DNA from: Macrostomum hystrix
Taxonomy: Eukaryota > Animalia > Platyhelminthes
Direction of reading: 5' to 3'
Assembly (NCBI GenBank): GCA_950097015.1
Contig: CATNEN010000037.1
Location: forward strand, 3,720,001-3,784,000
DNA length: 64,000 nucleotides
Shown here: positions 35,363-46,608 of the stretch, one piece after another
How the letters are laid out: each line of letters begins with the position of its first letter
Position numbering within the stretch: the first letter of the stretch is position 1
Translations under genes and position numbers: made by a program
The notes under the pieces: generated by a model
What the model was told of the DNA's origin: nothing
Seen by the model: the letters and a program-made list of their open reading frames with translations, nothing else
Database searches by the model: none

Positions 35363-38300
35363 AGCGCACCAGGCAAAGAGGGCGCGGACTGCGTGCCCAA
35401 GCTCATAGCCACCATGCGGCTCTCCAATGAGCTGCCGGCTAGGGGCACGAGTTACGATTATTACAGCAGTTTTCCCGCATTTCGCGCCCTAATGGACGCT
35501 CAGTCGTCTAAACTGTTGTTCATGATGCAGCGGCTAATAAATTACGAGGTGGGTGTTAAATATAGGTCTGTCTTTAAAAAAGGCAAAGCAGAGAAATCTA
35601 ACAGAAATTCTCTAAATTGTTGTCATTTGTTCTTCCATGATAATGTTTCAACTCCCTGTGTAAACAATATTGTACATTCTTAAGCCTTTACTTCAAGCTT
35701 GTGCATCCTCGGACTTGTGCTTTTACATAGAACATTTACATCCTCAAGCTTGTACACCCTCAAGCTTGTACATCCACAAGCTTGTACATCCACAAGCTTT
35801 TACATACTTAAGCTTGTACATCCTCAAGCTTGTACATCCTCAAGCTTGTACATCCTCAAGCTTGTACATCCTCAAGCTTGTACATCCTCAACTTGTAACT
35901 GTGCATCCTGCATCCTGTAACTTGTGCATCCTTAAAACTGTAGGTAGATAATAAGTTACCTAATAACAAATGCAAATTAGTACATCATTAAACTTGAACG
36001 TCTTGAAAAACTTAAAAAACTTATTTTCAAACAGGGCGGCGCCGGCTCAGTCATCAGCGGCCAAGTCAACAGAGACTTTGACGATCGCTTCGAATCGATG
36101 ATTGAAGTCAACGACGAACTCTTAGAACGAGTTGGCGCTGCTTTGGATGTTCACGAACGTGGACAACAGCCTGCTGCTGCTGCTGCTGCAACTGTTGCTG
36201 CTTCAGATACCACTGCAAAAAAGCAGCAGCCATCTTCTAAGCCTTCGACAACGTCTCAGTCTAGTAGTTCAACCGCGTCATCGGCTGCCGCCATCCGATT
36301 CTTGGCGTCCCGCATCTCCGCCCGGCCGCAGGACCAGTTCGGCCTCAAGCCGGACAATTCAACCGCCCCGTTTCGTTGTCGGCTTCGCTTTAAGCACAAT
36401 TCTCTGACGCCAAATAGTAATAAGGATGTGCCGCTTCAGCAGCAGCAGGAACATCCCTACGGCCCAGAGCTGGACGCATTCGTGCCTGAGGAGCGCTTTC
36501 TAGGAAATTGCCTACAGCCGCAGCAGGAGCCTCCGCCGCCGCCGCATCTATTAAATGACGCCGAGTTAACGCTAGTTCAAACAGCTGACGACCTGGCCGA
36601 ATTACTGGCTGTGCTAGACGGCGAAGCAGAATTGGCCGTGGATTTGGAAGCGCACAGTTATCGAACCTATCTTGGCATTACCTGTCTTATTCAGGTATTT
36701 ACTAATAAATTCCGGTCCATACTTACACATAATAGAAATCAAAGTTGCTTTCTGTAAAATTATAAGATCGGCTAGAAAAAGAAACATCTTCGCTTTTTTT
36801 CTACTGCTAGTAGTACAAAGCAAAATTTTATCTCACTTTCGCTTTTATTTTCAGATTTCCACTCGCGCTCAGGATTTCATAGTCGACACTCTGCGACTCT
36901 GGGATCGCATCTGGGAATTGAATCGCGTCTTTACTAATCCCAAGATTCTAAAAGTACTGCACGGTTCGTCTGGTGATTTGGCCTGGTTGCAGCGCGATTT
37001 CGGCATCTACATGGTGAACCTGTTCGACACCTACCTGGCCTCGCACACCCTGGCAATGCCGCGTCACTCACTTGCCCACCTGGTGCACACCTATTGCGGC
37101 TTCACCTTGGATAAACAGTTTCAATTGGCCGATTGGCGTGTTCGTCCCCTGCCAGTTGAAATGCTTCGCTATGCCAGGTGCGACACTCGCTACCTGCTCT
37201 ATATTGCCGATAGGATGCGGGCCGACCTCTGGCAGCGAGCTGAAGGCCGGCCCGACCTTGTCCTGCGAGTGTTTGAAGCCTCCGGCAGGCTGTGCCGAGA
37301 GCTGTACAGGAAGCCAATTCTAGGGCCGGAGGATTATCGACAATTGCTAGCTAAGTCTAGGAAGGCGTTTAACTCCGGCCAGCTGCACGCATTGGAACGA
37401 CTGTACGCCTGGCGCGATGCCACGGCCAGGATGGAGGACGAGAGTCCTGCCTTTGTACTGCCTGATCACATGCTGCTATCTGTGTGCGACTTGCTTCCAA
37501 GGTTAGTACCAATTCACTTCTATTCAGGAATATATACAAACCTAGTGGCTAGAGCGCCGGACTCACCTAAAGAAGGTCCGGGGTTCGATTCCCGACTCCA
37601 CTGAAACAATTTGTGTCCGGTCCTTTAGCCAGACACTTAATTCCGCGTTGCTTCAGTTCACCCAGTTGTTAAATGGGTACAAGTACTAGCTGGGGTAATT
37701 GACGATGGATGTGGCGTCCCCCAGTCCATGGACTGAACGCAGCCTTCAGATCCGTCGCACAATAAATTAGGAACAGGTTTTTTCATATATATTTAGGAAC
37801 ATATTGGCATTCGGATATTGAAAAGGTGCATTTGTGCATTCCAGAGAGTTCACTGGCATCCTAGCCTGCTGCAATCCTGTGCCGCCCCTAGTACGCAAAT
37901 ATGTGCACGATTTGCATCGGATTGTGCTAGAGGCTCGCGAACTTCGGTCCACAGACCCAGCCGGGCGCCAGTCAGTTGGCGGCTCATCGTCAGCTCCAAC
38001 TGTTGCCGCTGTTGAACAGTCGCCGCTGAGGCAGCTGCCGATACACCGCTGTCCGCACGACATTTCTCATTTCACAGCTGACGATTTCGCCTGCCCCTCG
38101 CCGCCACCGTCGCCGCAGTCGGCAAAGAAGTCGCTAACTTGGAAAGCTGTGCCAACTGTTCAGTGCCTTGACCAGCGATCCAACGAAACTGTTGACAAAG
38201 AATTTTATGCCAAGCTACAGTCTGTTCTCAGCCGTCTGGTCAGTCCGTTCTATGCGGTGCCGCCTCAGCCAGAGGCCTATTTTATTGTCAAAGCCAATCA

Positions 38301-38664
38301 GCTGGACGATGAAGCCGACGATGCTGACGAAGCTTCAACAGCGGCCCCCGCTGAGCCAGATGATCAGACGGATATTCCAACAGGCAGGGAGACGCCATTC
38401 TTGATGCCAACCCAGCGGAAGCAGCGAAAGCCGCGAGCGTCTAGATCCGCAGCCGCTGCTGCCGCAGATGACCCAGACAATGACGAGGCCGAGGCAGCCG
38501 AGCCGGAACCCGCTTTCGACTACCAGCGGGCCGCAGTTGAACTAGCCAGCCGAGCTATGGACCGATTCCCAATTAGGGATCCATTGAATCTAATTGGTGG
38601 CAAACGACGCGGCGGCGGCGGGGGCAGTCGGCTGGCCAAGTTTCGTAGAAAGCAGAACTTCTGA
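35363..38664 (+). CDS. EXOSC10: Exosome component 10 (Rrp6), DEDD-Y exonuclease with HRDC domain
   Basis: Exons 35363-35548, 36035-36694, 36855-37501, 37845-38664 in frame. PMC2NT-like DYYSSFPAF; AVDLEAHSYRTYLG; HGSSGDL; YARCDTRYLL; ACCNPVPPLVR. Confidence 0.95.
35695..35925. repeat. 16-bp minisatellite (CCTCAAGCTTGTACAT) in EXOSC10 intron 1
   Basis: About 13 units. Confidence 0.9.
37540..37770 (+). mobile_element. SINE family B in EXOSC10 intron 3
   Basis: CCTAGTGG...GGTTCGATTCCCGACTCCACTGAAACAAT...CAGTCCATGGACTG matches the 3929 copy. Confidence 0.88.
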
Positions 38665-39042
38665 GATGACAATGTTCAGTCTTTTTAGTGTTGCTAGCTG
38701 ACTTTGTCATCGATATAAAATACAAGCAAATTACAATGCTACAATATATAATGTTGTTCACTGGTATGAATTCTAGAACATCCTGTGCTTGCTTTGTGAC
38801 AAATAAAAGCATTTCATAATTTTCATTGAAATTTTCGACTTTACTGGATTCCCACTATTTTTACTGGATTTTTGGTTAAGGCATTCGTCAAGGTTAATAT
38901 AACGAGCCTCCGTAATGTTACTTTTTTACTTTAAGGACTAATTACTTTCTAGAAATAAGGATTTTCTGTGTCATCGATTTGGTATTTTTTTATTCTACAG
39001 TCTTTTTAAATTCCGTCATTTTCAGCGTTTACCCGCTTGGCA

Positions 39043-42000
39043 ATGCCGTATCCAATGCAATCTACCGTACTGGTCATGCTACTAGCCACCTACCCTGTGG
39101 CCTGGTGTCTCAACTGCAGCGAATTCAACAAAACACATAATGGGGTACTGGCACCGCTCTTTGGATGGAAGTGAGCGGCTTCGTAGTTATCCTTTTTCTA
39201 TTCCTTCACCAACGGGATTAACTAGCAATCCATTCTACTCACTCATCCATGGTATAGACTAGCAATCCATTCTACTCACTCATCCATGGTATAGACTAGC
39301 AACCCATTCTACTCACCCATCCATGGTATAGACTAGCAATCCATTCTACTCACCCATCCATGGTATAGACTGGCAATCCATTCTACTCACTCATCCATGG
39401 TATAGACTAGCAATCCATTCTACTCACTCATCCATGGTATAGACTGGCAATCCATTCTACTCACTCATCCATGGTATAGACTAGCAATCCATTCTACTCA
39501 CTCATCCATGGTATAGACTAGCAATCCATTCTACTCACTCATCCATGGTATAGACTAGCAACCCATTCTACTCACCCATCCATGGTATAGACTAGCAATA
39601 CATTCTACTCACCCATCCATGGTATAGACTAGCAATCCATTCTACTCACTCATCCATGGTATAGACTAGCAATCCATTCTACTCACTCATCCATGGTATA
39701 GACTGGCAATCCATTCTACTCACTCATCCATGGTATAGACTAGCAATCCATTCTACTCACTCATCCATGGTATAGACTAGCAACCCATTCTACTCACCCA
39801 TCCATGGTATAGACTAGCAATCCATTCTACTCACCCATCCATGGTATAGACTGGCAATCCATTCTACTCACTCATCCATGGTATAGACTAGCAATCCATT
39901 CTACTCACCCATCCATGGTATAGACTGGCAATCCATTCTACTCACTCATCCATGGTATAGACTAGCAATCCATTCTACTCACTCATCCATGGTATAGACT
40001 AGCAATCCATTCTACTCACTCATCCATGGTATAGACTAGCAACCCATTCTACTCACCCATCCATGGTATAGACTAGCAATACATTCTACTCACCCATCCA
40101 TGGTATAGACTAGCAATCCATTCTACTCACTCATCCATGGTATAGACTAGCAATCCATTCTACTCACTCATCCATGGTATAGACTAGCAACCCATTCTAC
40201 TCACCCATCCATGGTATAGACTAGCAATACATTCTACTCACCCATCCATGGTATAGACTAGCAATCCATTCTACTCACTCATCCATGGTATAGACTAGCA
40301 ATCCATTCTACTCACTCATCCATGGTATAGACTAGCAATCCATTCTACTCACTCATCCATGGTATAGACTAGCAATCCATTCTACTCACTCATCCATGGT
40401 ATAGACTAGCAATCCATTCTACTCACCCATCCATGGTATAGACTAGCAATCCATTCTACTCACTCATCCATGGTATAGACTAGCAATCCATTCTACTCAC
40501 TCATCCATGGTATAGACTAGCAATCCATTCTACTCACCCATCCATGGTATAGACTAGCAATCCATTCTACTCACTCATCCATGGTATAGACTAGCAATCC
40601 ATTCTACTCACTCATCCATGGTATAGACTAGCAATCCATTCTACTCACTCATCCATGGTATAGACTAGCAATCCATTCTACTCACCCATCCATGGTATAG
40701 ACTAGCAATCCATTCTACTCACTCATCCATGGTATAGACTAGCAACCCATTCTACTCACTCATCCATGGTATAGACTAGCAATCCATTCTACTCACTCAT
40801 CCATGGTATAGACTAGCAATCCATTCTACTCACTCATCCATGGTATAGACTAGCAACCCATTCTACTCACTCATCCATGGTATAGACTAGCAACCCATTC
40901 TACTCACTCATCCATGGTATAGACTGGCAATCCATTCTACTCACTCATCCATGGTATAGACTGGCAATCCATTCTACTCACTCATCCATGGTATAGACTA
41001 GCAACCCATTCTACTCACTCATCCATGGTATAGACTGGCAATCCATTCTACTCACTCATCCATGGTATAGACTAGCAATCCATTCTACTCACTCATCCAT
41101 GGTATAGACTGGCAATCCATTCTACTCACTCATCCATGGTATAGACTAGCAATCCATTCTACTCACTCATCCATGGTATAGACTAGCAATCCATTCTACT
41201 CACCCATCCATGGTATAGACTAGCAATCCATTCTACTCACCCATCCATGGTATAGACTAGCAATCCATTCTACTCACTCATCCATGGTATAGACTAGCAA
41301 TCCATTCTACTCACCCATCCATGGTATAGACTAGCAATCCATTCTACTCACCCATCCATGGTATAGACTAGCAATCCATTCTACTCACTCATCCATGGTA
41401 TAGACTAGCAATCCATTCTACTCACTCATCCATGGTATAGACTAGCAATCCATTCTACTCACCCATCCATGGTATAGACTAGCAATCCATTCTACTCACT
41501 CATCCATGGTATAGACTAGCAATCCATTCTACTCACCCATCCATGGTATCGACTAGCAATCCATTTTCACCCGTGGCCCGCAGAATCCAGGTGGACACAG
41601 CCAGTGGCCAGAAGCTAGTCATCAGTGTCTGCTCCCCAATCGGCATGTTCAGCAGCAGCTTAGCTGACGCGGCCGCAGCCTTGATCCCCATATCGCAGTC
41701 GGGTGATGTCGGCGTCCCGGTGATTCTTGGCCAAGCACAAACCGCTCAATTGTTCGTTGGCACCGGCTGGCTTCTGCTGGTGTACACTGGCGGGGATTCC
41801 TACTCGGACTTGCCGTGTACCGGCCAGCGCAGTGCTCGCATTGTGATGGAGTGCAATCCGGGCGCCTACGCGCCCATCCTGGATTTTATAGGCGAGGTTC
41901 GCAACGAATCAAACAGGTGTCACCATCTGTTTGGCCTGCAGCACTATACCCTGTGCGGTCTCGTGCCAGATCCCAGCTCTTCCGGTGTCAATCTGACACC

Positions 42001-42301
42001 CGTGGCCATTGTCATTGTATCCATTCTGGCCTTATTCTGCGCCTACCTGGCTATCGGCATGCTGATTCAGCGATTCTATTTCGGCCGACGGGGCGCGGCC
42101 CAGATACCGAACTACACCGCCTGGCAACGATTCGGAAATGCGGCTGCTAGCTGCTGCGATCTGGTCTGTCGCAGCGAGCCTAGGCCTTCCCGCAATCGCT
42201 TTGCTGATGCTGTCAACGATCAGGATAGCGCTAGCGGCGCCGGTGTCACCACGCATCACCTGTACGCCGACCTAGACGACGATCACCTGCTGCCGGCTTG
42301 A
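39043..42301 (+). CDS. M6PR: Cation-dependent mannose-6-phosphate receptor-like type I membrane protein, 281 aa
   Basis: Exons 39043-39170 (signal peptide) and 41584-42301, phase 2. MRH-type YTGGD...C...RSARIVMECN; TM helix; tail RFYFGRRGAAQIPNY...W...DDHLLP. Confidence 0.85.
39215..41565. repeat. 37-bp minisatellite (GACTAGCAATCCATTCTACTCACTCATCCATGGTATA) filling the M6PR intron
   Basis: About 63 highly homogeneous units. Confidence 0.98.
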
Positions 42302-42459
42302 GCATTAGGGTTTCCTTGCTTTATTAATAAAAACCTTTATTGATTGATACCTTTTTAAAACTAGAAATCACTTTTGTTTAACGCGCTAGTCTACCCTTTT
42401 CGCCGAGGTGTAGCGGTTTTACCAGCGACGTGAAAATTGGTTTGTGCCAAATCCCAAGC

Positions 42460-43443
42460 TTAGAACCCTAGGAGTGACACCTTGAACTGAGAACCCTAGG
42501 AGTGACACCCTGAACTGAAAACCCTATCCTAAACTGAAAATCCTAGGAGTGACACCCTGAACTGAGAACCCTAGGAGTGACACCCTGAACTGAGAACCCT
42601 AGGAGTGACACCTTGAACTGAGAACCCTAGGAGTGACACCCTGAACTGAGAACCCTAGGAGTGACACCCTAAACTGAAAACCCTAGGAGTGACACCCTGA
42701 ACTGAGAACCCTAGGAGTGACACCCAGAACTGAGAACCCTAGGAGTGACACCCTAAACTGAGAACCCTAGGAGTTACACCCTGAACTGAGAACCCTCGGA
42801 GTGACACCCTGAACTGAGAACCCTAGGAGTGACACCCTGAACTGAAAATCCTAGGAGTGACACCCTGAACTGAGAACCCTAGGAGTGACACCCAGAACTG
42901 AGAACCCTAGGAGTGACACCCTGAACTGAGAACCCTAGGAGTTACACCCTGAACTGAGAACCCTCGGAGTGACACCCTGAACTGAGAACCCTAGGAGTGA
43001 CACCCTGAACTTAAAATCCTAGGAGTGACACCCTGAACTGAAAACCCTATCCTAAACTGAAAATCCTAGGAGTGACACCCTGAACTGAGAACCCTAGGAG
43101 TGACACCCTGAACTGAGAACCCTAGGAGTGACACCCTGAACTGAGAACCCTAGGATTGACACCCTGAACTGAGAACCCTAGGATTGACACCCTGAACTGA
43201 GAACCCTAGGAGTGACACTCTGAACTGAGAACCCTAGGAGTGACACCCTGAACTGAGAACCCTAGGAGTGACACCCAGAACTGAGAACCCTAGGAGTGAC
43301 ACCCTGAACTGAGAACCCTAGGAGTGACACCCTGAACTGAGAACCCAAGGAGTGACACCCTGAACTGAGAACCCAAGGAGTGACACCCTGAACTGAAAAT
43401 CCTAGGAGTGACACCCTGAACTGAAAATCCTAGGAGTGACACA
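42460..43443. repeat. 28-bp minisatellite (GAACCCTAGGAGTGACACCCTGAACTGA)
   Basis: About 35 units downstream of the M6PR polyA signal. Confidence 0.96.
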
Positions 43444-44039
43444 ATATTAGGATTTGTGTGATTAAGGTTAATCTTGATTTTATATTTCGTTTAGATATTT
43501 GGTTTTTCACCCTGTTGTTGTAATTAGTTATTGATTTTCAAATATGTATTCCACTTAGTTACCACAGCTGATGATATCTGATCGATCGAACATAATCCGC
43601 TTTCTTGTGTTCTTAATTTGTTACGCATAAATTTTCTATTGGAATTCAGTAGAATAACAATGTTGACAATTTTGTTTGATAAGCAAACTATTGATTCGCA
43701 TATTCCGCTGCCTTCCCAAACATATTCCGGTCTCATTTAGACATCTCATATCAAGATTTCACTATTCAGATGAAATTGCTTATTTAGAATTTGTGAATTC
43801 ATTGAGTCTGGCTTCCGCCATTATTCCTATGCCAGTTAATCCCAGTTAAGTTCACTTTAAGCTTGTTTTCAGTTTTTTACTTGTGTAAAAACGCTTCAGT
43901 TAGAATATTTAATTTGGCCGAAAATATATAACGCGCTGAAAAGTAACGATTTTAAATAACGATCGGAAAAGAAAAACTGTAAAACTGGAACATTAAGTCT
44001 CTAAATTTTCAAGGGCTTTTTAAAAGATCGAATAACTGA

Positions 44040-45715
44040 GTGGGTTTAAGTGGAAGGAAGCATTTCACTGCACTGTGTGCTGTGGTACCCATGGGTTAAG
44101 TGGAAGGAAGCATTTCACTGCACTGTGTGCTGTGGTACCCATGGGTTAAGTGGAAGGAAGCATTTCACTGCACTGTGTGCTGTGGTACCCATGGGTTAAG
44201 TGGAAGGAAGCATTTCACTGCACTGTGTGCTGCGGTACCCATGGGTTAAGTGGAAGGAAGCATTTCACTGCACTGTGTGCTGCGGTACCCATGGGTTAAG
44301 TGGAAGGAAGCATTTCACTGCACTGTGTGCTGCGGTACCCATGGGTTAAGTGGAAGGAAGCATTTCACTGCACTGTGTGCTGCGGTACCCATGGGTTAAG
44401 TGGAAGGAAGCATTTCACTGCACTGTGTGCTGCGGTACCCATGGGTTAAGTGGAAGGAGGCATTTCACTGCACTGTGTGCTGTGGTACCCATGGGTTAAG
44501 TGGAAGGAGGCATTTCACTGCACTGTGTGCTGTGGTACCCATGGGTTAAGTGGAAGGAGGCATTTCACTGCACTGTGTGCTGTGGTACCCATGGGTTAAG
44601 TGGAAGGAGGCATTTCACTGCACTGTGTGCTGCGGTACCCATGGGTTAAGTGGAAGGAAGCATTTCACTGCACTGTGTGCTGCGGTACCCATGGGTTAAG
44701 TGGAAGGAAGCATTTCACTGCACTGTGTGCTGCGGTACCCATGGGTTAAGTGGAAGGAAGCATTTCACTGCACTGTGTGCTGCGGTACCCATGGGTTAAG
44801 TGGAAGGAGGCATTTCACTGCACTGTGTGCTGTGGTACCCATGGGTTAAGTGGAAGGAGGCATTTCACTGCACTGTGTGCTGCGGTACCCATGGGTTAAG
44901 TGGAAGGAAGCATTTCACTGCACTGTGTGCTGCGGTACCCATGGGTTAAGTGGAAGGAAGCATTTCACTGCACTGTGTGCTGCGGTACCCATGGGTTAAG
45001 TGGAAGGAAGCATTTCACTGCACTGTGTGCTGCGGTACCCATGGGTTAAGTGGAAGGAAGCATTTCACTGCACTGTGTGCTGCGGTACCCATGGGTTAAG
45101 TGGAAGGAAGCATTTCACTGCACTGTGTGCTGCGGTACCCATGGGTTAAGTGGAAGGAAGCATTTCACTGCACTGTGTGCTGCGGTACCCATGGGTTAAG
45201 TGGAAGGAAGCATTTCACTGCACTGTGTGCTGCGGTACCCATGGGTTAAGTGGAAGGAAGCATTTCACTGCACTGTGTGCTGTGGTACCCATGGGTTAAG
45301 TGGAAGGAGGCATTTTACTGCACTGTGTGCTGTGGTACCCATGGGTTAAGTGGAAGGAGGCATTTCACTGCACTGTGTGCTGCGGTACCCATGGGTTAAG
45401 TGGAAGGAAGCATTTCACTGCACTGTGTGCTGCGGTACCCATGGGTTAAGTGGAAGGAAGCATTTCACTGCACTGTGTGCTGCGGTACCCATGGGTTAAG
45501 TGGAAGGAAGCATTTCACTGCACTGTGTGCTGCGGTACCCATGGGTTAAGTGGAAGGAAGCATTTCACTGCACTGTGTGCTGCGGTACCCATGGGTTAAG
45601 TGAAAGGAAGCATTTCACTGCGCTGTGTGCTGCGGTACCCATGGGTTAAGTGGAAGGAAGCATTTCACTGCACTGTGTGCTGCGGTACCCATGGGTTAAG
45701 TAGGTGGAAGGAAGC
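44040..45715. repeat. 50-bp satellite (GGGTTAAGTGGAAGGAAGCATTTCACTGCACTGTGTGCTGCGGTACCCAT)
   Basis: About 33 near-identical units, no spacers. Confidence 0.98.
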
Positions 45716-46608
45716 ATAAATGTTCTGGTTCTTTCATAAATGTGCTGAGGTACAGAATTCTCTCAGGCACTACATATGGAGTTATTCGTGGAATAAAGCA
45801 GCAATTTATGGAAATGAGTGCTAGCGCCAACCCTAAGGCACTCAAGACACAGCCTGCCTAAAAAATCTATTACAGACCCACCAAAATGGTGGAGTTTTTT
45901 AGGCTCATTCACGCAGCCATTGAATCAACTATTTAAGGTGTACATTTGTGTAATGTTCAAATGAATGGTCACAAAAGAGAGTGTGCAATAGTGTTTTTTA
46001 GCCTCTTTTGATGGCAGTGTGAATGACAATGAGCCTTTAGAGCTACATAGAAAAGTCCAGAGTTTTAGCGTGTACTTTAAATACTTATTTGTATACAATC
46101 TTTATGCCATTTGAATTAAATAAAAAGTAATACTAGTCGCAGAAAAAAACAATACTGCTAGACTCGATTTTTCCCTTTATCTGAATTCGTGGGTTTAACA
46201 ACTCCGCACCTGAAAAGCATGTTACGGGAGTGAAGAAACCAAGAGTAACTGACGCGATAGAGTGCAAGATAAGATTTGTCTGTAAATGAGGCATTCAGTT
46301 CATTGGCTGGCTGATAGCGATTTCGACACGTGACTACTTGAGGAGGGGGTTGGACGCTAAAATTTGCCACGCAGGCCCTGCGACACTCACTGCAGTGACA
46401 ATTTACACAATCAACTCCCGTGTGCAGTGACTACACTTCAATGTGCCAGTTGATTTAAATAAGAACTCCAGTCCTGACAATTCAAACCCACCTGTCTTCT
46501 AAGTTGCTGGATTGACGTCTTGACACAGCCTTCAAGAAAATTGCCAATACTATTAAATTGACATCTAGTTCAACGAAAAAGTCAGTAACTAGACAGCTAT
46601 TCAACACC

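Noticed and set aside
44040-45715. CRISPR array (also the 37-bp arrays)
   Set aside because: No unique spacers, no cas genes, eukaryotic context
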